64,000 bases of DNA from Heteronotia binoei. Taxonomy: Eukaryota. Below, one piece after another: positions 60,831-64,000 of the stretch. Location: positions 63,612,001-63,676,000 of the forward strand of contig NC_083223.1 in NCBI RefSeq assembly GCF_032191835.1. The letters run 5' to 3'. The notes beneath the pieces were generated by a model, which did not search any database, had not been told where the DNA came from, and saw only the letters and a list, made by a program, of their open reading frames with translations. Position 1 is the stretch's first letter. Each line of letters begins with the position of its first letter. The translations under genes were made by a program, and so were the position numbers.

Positions 60831-63399
60831 TTAAAAAAAAAAAAATCAACACTGTCACCAGCTATTTGGAAGCAGATGTATGTTGTAACAGATGGCATTC
60901 TGTATTAAACAAGCTTGTGATTACATTAAGAACATACCCTAAATTTATAAAGCAAGACTTCCATTCAAATAGAGTAAAACACATTAGATAATATTTCCTT
61001 AAAAGACCATCTGCTATTAATTCTAGTCATTCAGGAACTAACCTCTGCTGTCTGAAAATCAGTTGTAATTCTAGATCTCCAGGCCCCACCTAGAGGTTGG
61101 CAACCCTAAATGTTTGGCGTTGTCGAGGCAATGCTATGGATTGATATCTGGGGAAGGAGTTTAGAAACTACTCTCCCTGATTGAAGGGGTGTTGAACTCA
61201 TTTGTTATGAGGGATGGATCTCACATAAATGAGACCTTGTCAGGCTGGGCCATGTGTGTCTTAAAATGTAATGGCATTTAATGGACATGTAAACTTTATA
61301 AAAGGCACAGGCAAACACAGTTAAAGATTTTTTAAAACTTAAAATAAAACATGCTTAAGACATTAGCACTCTTGCAATGTTTTGTTTAACATTTAGATAA
61401 TTGACAGCTCTTGCTCTGAATTATTGCATCAAAATCTGGAGACAAAGGCTGATTCTACATTCATGTTTGGGTCTGATTTTCTGAGCACTGAAATCGCATT
61501 CTAGAAATCCAGAGTATGTTTTTTTCATCTACACCCAAAATTTTGATCCTGGACTTCCCCTCCACATTTGCTTGCTTTACTGGAGGGGGGCAGGTTTAAG
61601 AGTTCCTTTGTTCTTTCTTGAGAAACGAGCTTATTGCCCTGTTTTCCAAGAAAGATATCATCTTTATAGTCCTGTGGAATGCGCTTCCTGGAAAATCCTC
61701 ATTCAAAAGTAGTCTTGGAAAGTCAGGGGCAACTCGGTGCTGAAAACGGTGCCAAAGCCAATTCAGGAATTTAAATGACAGTCAAAACACCGGAGCAAGA
61801 CAGAAGTCAAGGCACATTGTAATGTAGATGATCACTTTTGAAAGCGCAGCATTACTGGATCTTTTGCCCAGTGTAAAATTAGTCAATGTCTGTGCTGTAG
61901 CAATCTTGAGTATGCTGTTCAGGTGTTGTTCAGGCGTGTATCTGTAAGTTGCAAATCTACTTCAATTTATTGACATTCATTACAGAAATCTCATGGTCAA
62001 TGCTCTGTGCCCTAGGACCCAGGGGAAAACATGAAATGGCTGGGCACTGCAAGCTTTTGTACACTAGTTGCTTCATGTGTTGGTCAGCCAATGGAGAAAT
62101 TAGAGGCTGTGCTCTGAAGCCTGATTGAGCAAGCCTGGCAAAGCAAGCTGTGATGCAGAAGGAAACAAGAGAGGGAGAAGGAAGCAGGCAACAGTGAGTT
62201 GCTCACAGTCAGCAATGTGCGCACTGCTGCATGGGGGCGGGAGTCCTTGCCTGGAGTGGCATCTCTCCCCTGCTCCAGGTTGTTGTTGTGGACTTTGGAT
62301 CACAGTCCTACTTATCCAAATTACTTATTCCTTCTTATTTTGTCAGGCAATTGCTACCACCATTGCCATTATTCATTTTAAATTTTTAATTCTCCTCTTA
62401 TTTTCCCTCATTGGATAATCAGTTTATAATGCTAATTACCATGTATTTCTTTTATTTAGAAGTCAGTGACTGCCACAAGTTGAAAGGGGCACAAGTTGGA
62501 GATATTGAGTCTGTTAATTCACTAGAACAGGTATTTGACAGGTTTGCTTAATGTCATTTGGAACCCTCCATGGAATTACAGCCCTCACACTTCACTGTGT
62601 TTCAGTCCTGTTAAAATGTATAAGAAGGGAAACATTCCCCCCATCTTTTCTGCTTCTAATTCCTTATTTCATGCAAAAATGCTGAATTGCAAGTGCAGTT
62701 TAAGATGAGCAGAATGACATAATCTTTTGTCAGCCCTGATTATCCACAAAGAATGGCTCTAGGGATTTTGCAGATGAACTTCAGAAGAATGATCCCTCAG
62801 AGGCCATTTAAAATTCACAGAAAAATTAACTGGTGGAATTTTTTTGTGCCTTGATGTTTATAATTTTCTCTGCAACCTCACTGTTTGGAGGAATGCAAGG
62901 TAGTGTTATGGTTAAGAAGAGAATCAGTTACTGGATTGAGAACTGATTGGTATTGGGAGAAAAGACATAACTGAAGATGCCACATATAAATGACTACAAT
63001 AGGCCTGATTCATTTGGAAAAGTGTGGGGAAATATATTTGTTTCCTAGCATATACTCAGTTCTCATTATATAAATATTTGCTATCTTATTATTATAGTCT
63101 GCATAATTTTGATCTTTTTGTGTGTGTGCATAAAAAAGAACATAGTATGGTTCTATTAAATATTTGGAAATCATTTCATATTTAATATTGAGGATTTTAA
63201 AATTTTAATATTATCCATCTTAATCTATCACAATCTCTCAATATAGTATAGTATATGGTGTATATGAAAATTGGGATAGATGGGGAAATATTTGTTTCCA
63301 CTTGTTTCTCTCTCCCTCTTTATGATGTAGCTGCAATTATAATTTTTATATTAGAAATTGTAATAAGGAATGTGAAGCATCTATAAATTGCATTGGATA

Positions 63400-64000
63400 A
63401 CAAGATGGCGACGAGGCAGGAGCTCTGGTAGGGCTCCTGTAACTGAAACTACTACGCCTAGCACATGCCTGCAATTGCAGTTTTCAAAGGGTGGACCTAG
63501 TAATATGTTGCTAGGGGAAGGTGCAGGGCAAAATTTAAGAACTTGGTGGGCTCCTACTCCCCAAAGAGACAAAAGAAACATCGTTCACCATATTGGCAAG
63601 TTGGGCCTGGCGCCAATGTGGAGGGCCGCCATGACCACAGCCTGGAGTGCGGGTGAGGCCGGGCGGAGCCGAGTGGTGAGCAGGGCCGAGTGGGGCTGTG
63701 TGGTGAGTGGAGCATCGGGCACCGGCGGGGTCGGACGCCGGAGAGCATGGCTGGCTGTGGGACATCGGAGAGGAGACACTGGTGGCGGCTGGACTGCCAG
63801 GCAAGGCACCAGGGAGGCAGCAGAAAGCACCCGGGCAGCCGTGGAAGCAGCGCTTCTATCCACTGCAATTCAATCAGTGCTTCCTCTGGCGGGGGCGGTC
63901 GGCTGTTGCTGTGGCTCTGACTCTGGCTGGGAATACTACAAACAGCCGTCTGGGTGCCAGCTGCGAGCAGAGCTAGCAGAACTTCTGGAGTCCTTGTTTG
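63400..64000 (+). other. CpG-rich segment running off the window: LINE 5'UTR or promoter of the next gene
   Basis: AAGATGGCG (YY1-type) at about 63402 and roughly two dozen CpGs in 63600-63970; no recognisable coding exon. Confidence 0.35.

Noticed and set aside
51012-63399. PRIM2 coding exons or another gene between the L1 and the window end
   Set aside because: No peptide resembling PRIM2 or any other protein I recognise; the short ORFs are chance or repeat-derived

Overview
Squamate reptile genomic DNA, most likely gecko (inferred from Sauria SINE, Squam3-like SINEs, RTE/BovB and lizard-type L1/L2). Two convergent host genes are fully reconstructable. BAG2 (+) has 3 coding exons at 8434-18045 and encodes 223 aa. 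RAB23 (-) has a noncoding exon 1 near 41.8-42.0 kb and 6 coding exons at 37142-26848, encoding 237 aa; all splice phases fit. The window opens inside a young DIRS1 tyrosine-recombinase retrotransposon (1-4756) with open gag and RT-RNaseH-MT ORFs, one frameshift in the recombinase, and a perfect ICR/ITR match. Upstream of RAB23 lies a 5'-complete L1 (44162-50993, 18-bp TSD) carrying two nested L2 fragments and a Gypsy-type solo LTR. Many non-autonomous hAT MITEs with 8-bp TSDs, SINEs, other solo LTRs and one 163-N gap fill the rest. Best leads: (1) the DIRS1, whose gag resembles the LAP2alpha domain, sits where synteny predicts the 3' end of ZNF451; (2) a U2 snRNA 5' fragment inside a hAT MITE; (3) MITEs spreading an octamer+CACCC motif pair; (4) an in-frame ~80-codon ORF just after RAB23 exon 6; (5) a strong splice donor in the L1 5'UTR facing RAB23. 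All family names are from recalled motifs, not database searches. No ZNF451 or PRIM2 coding exons were recognised.
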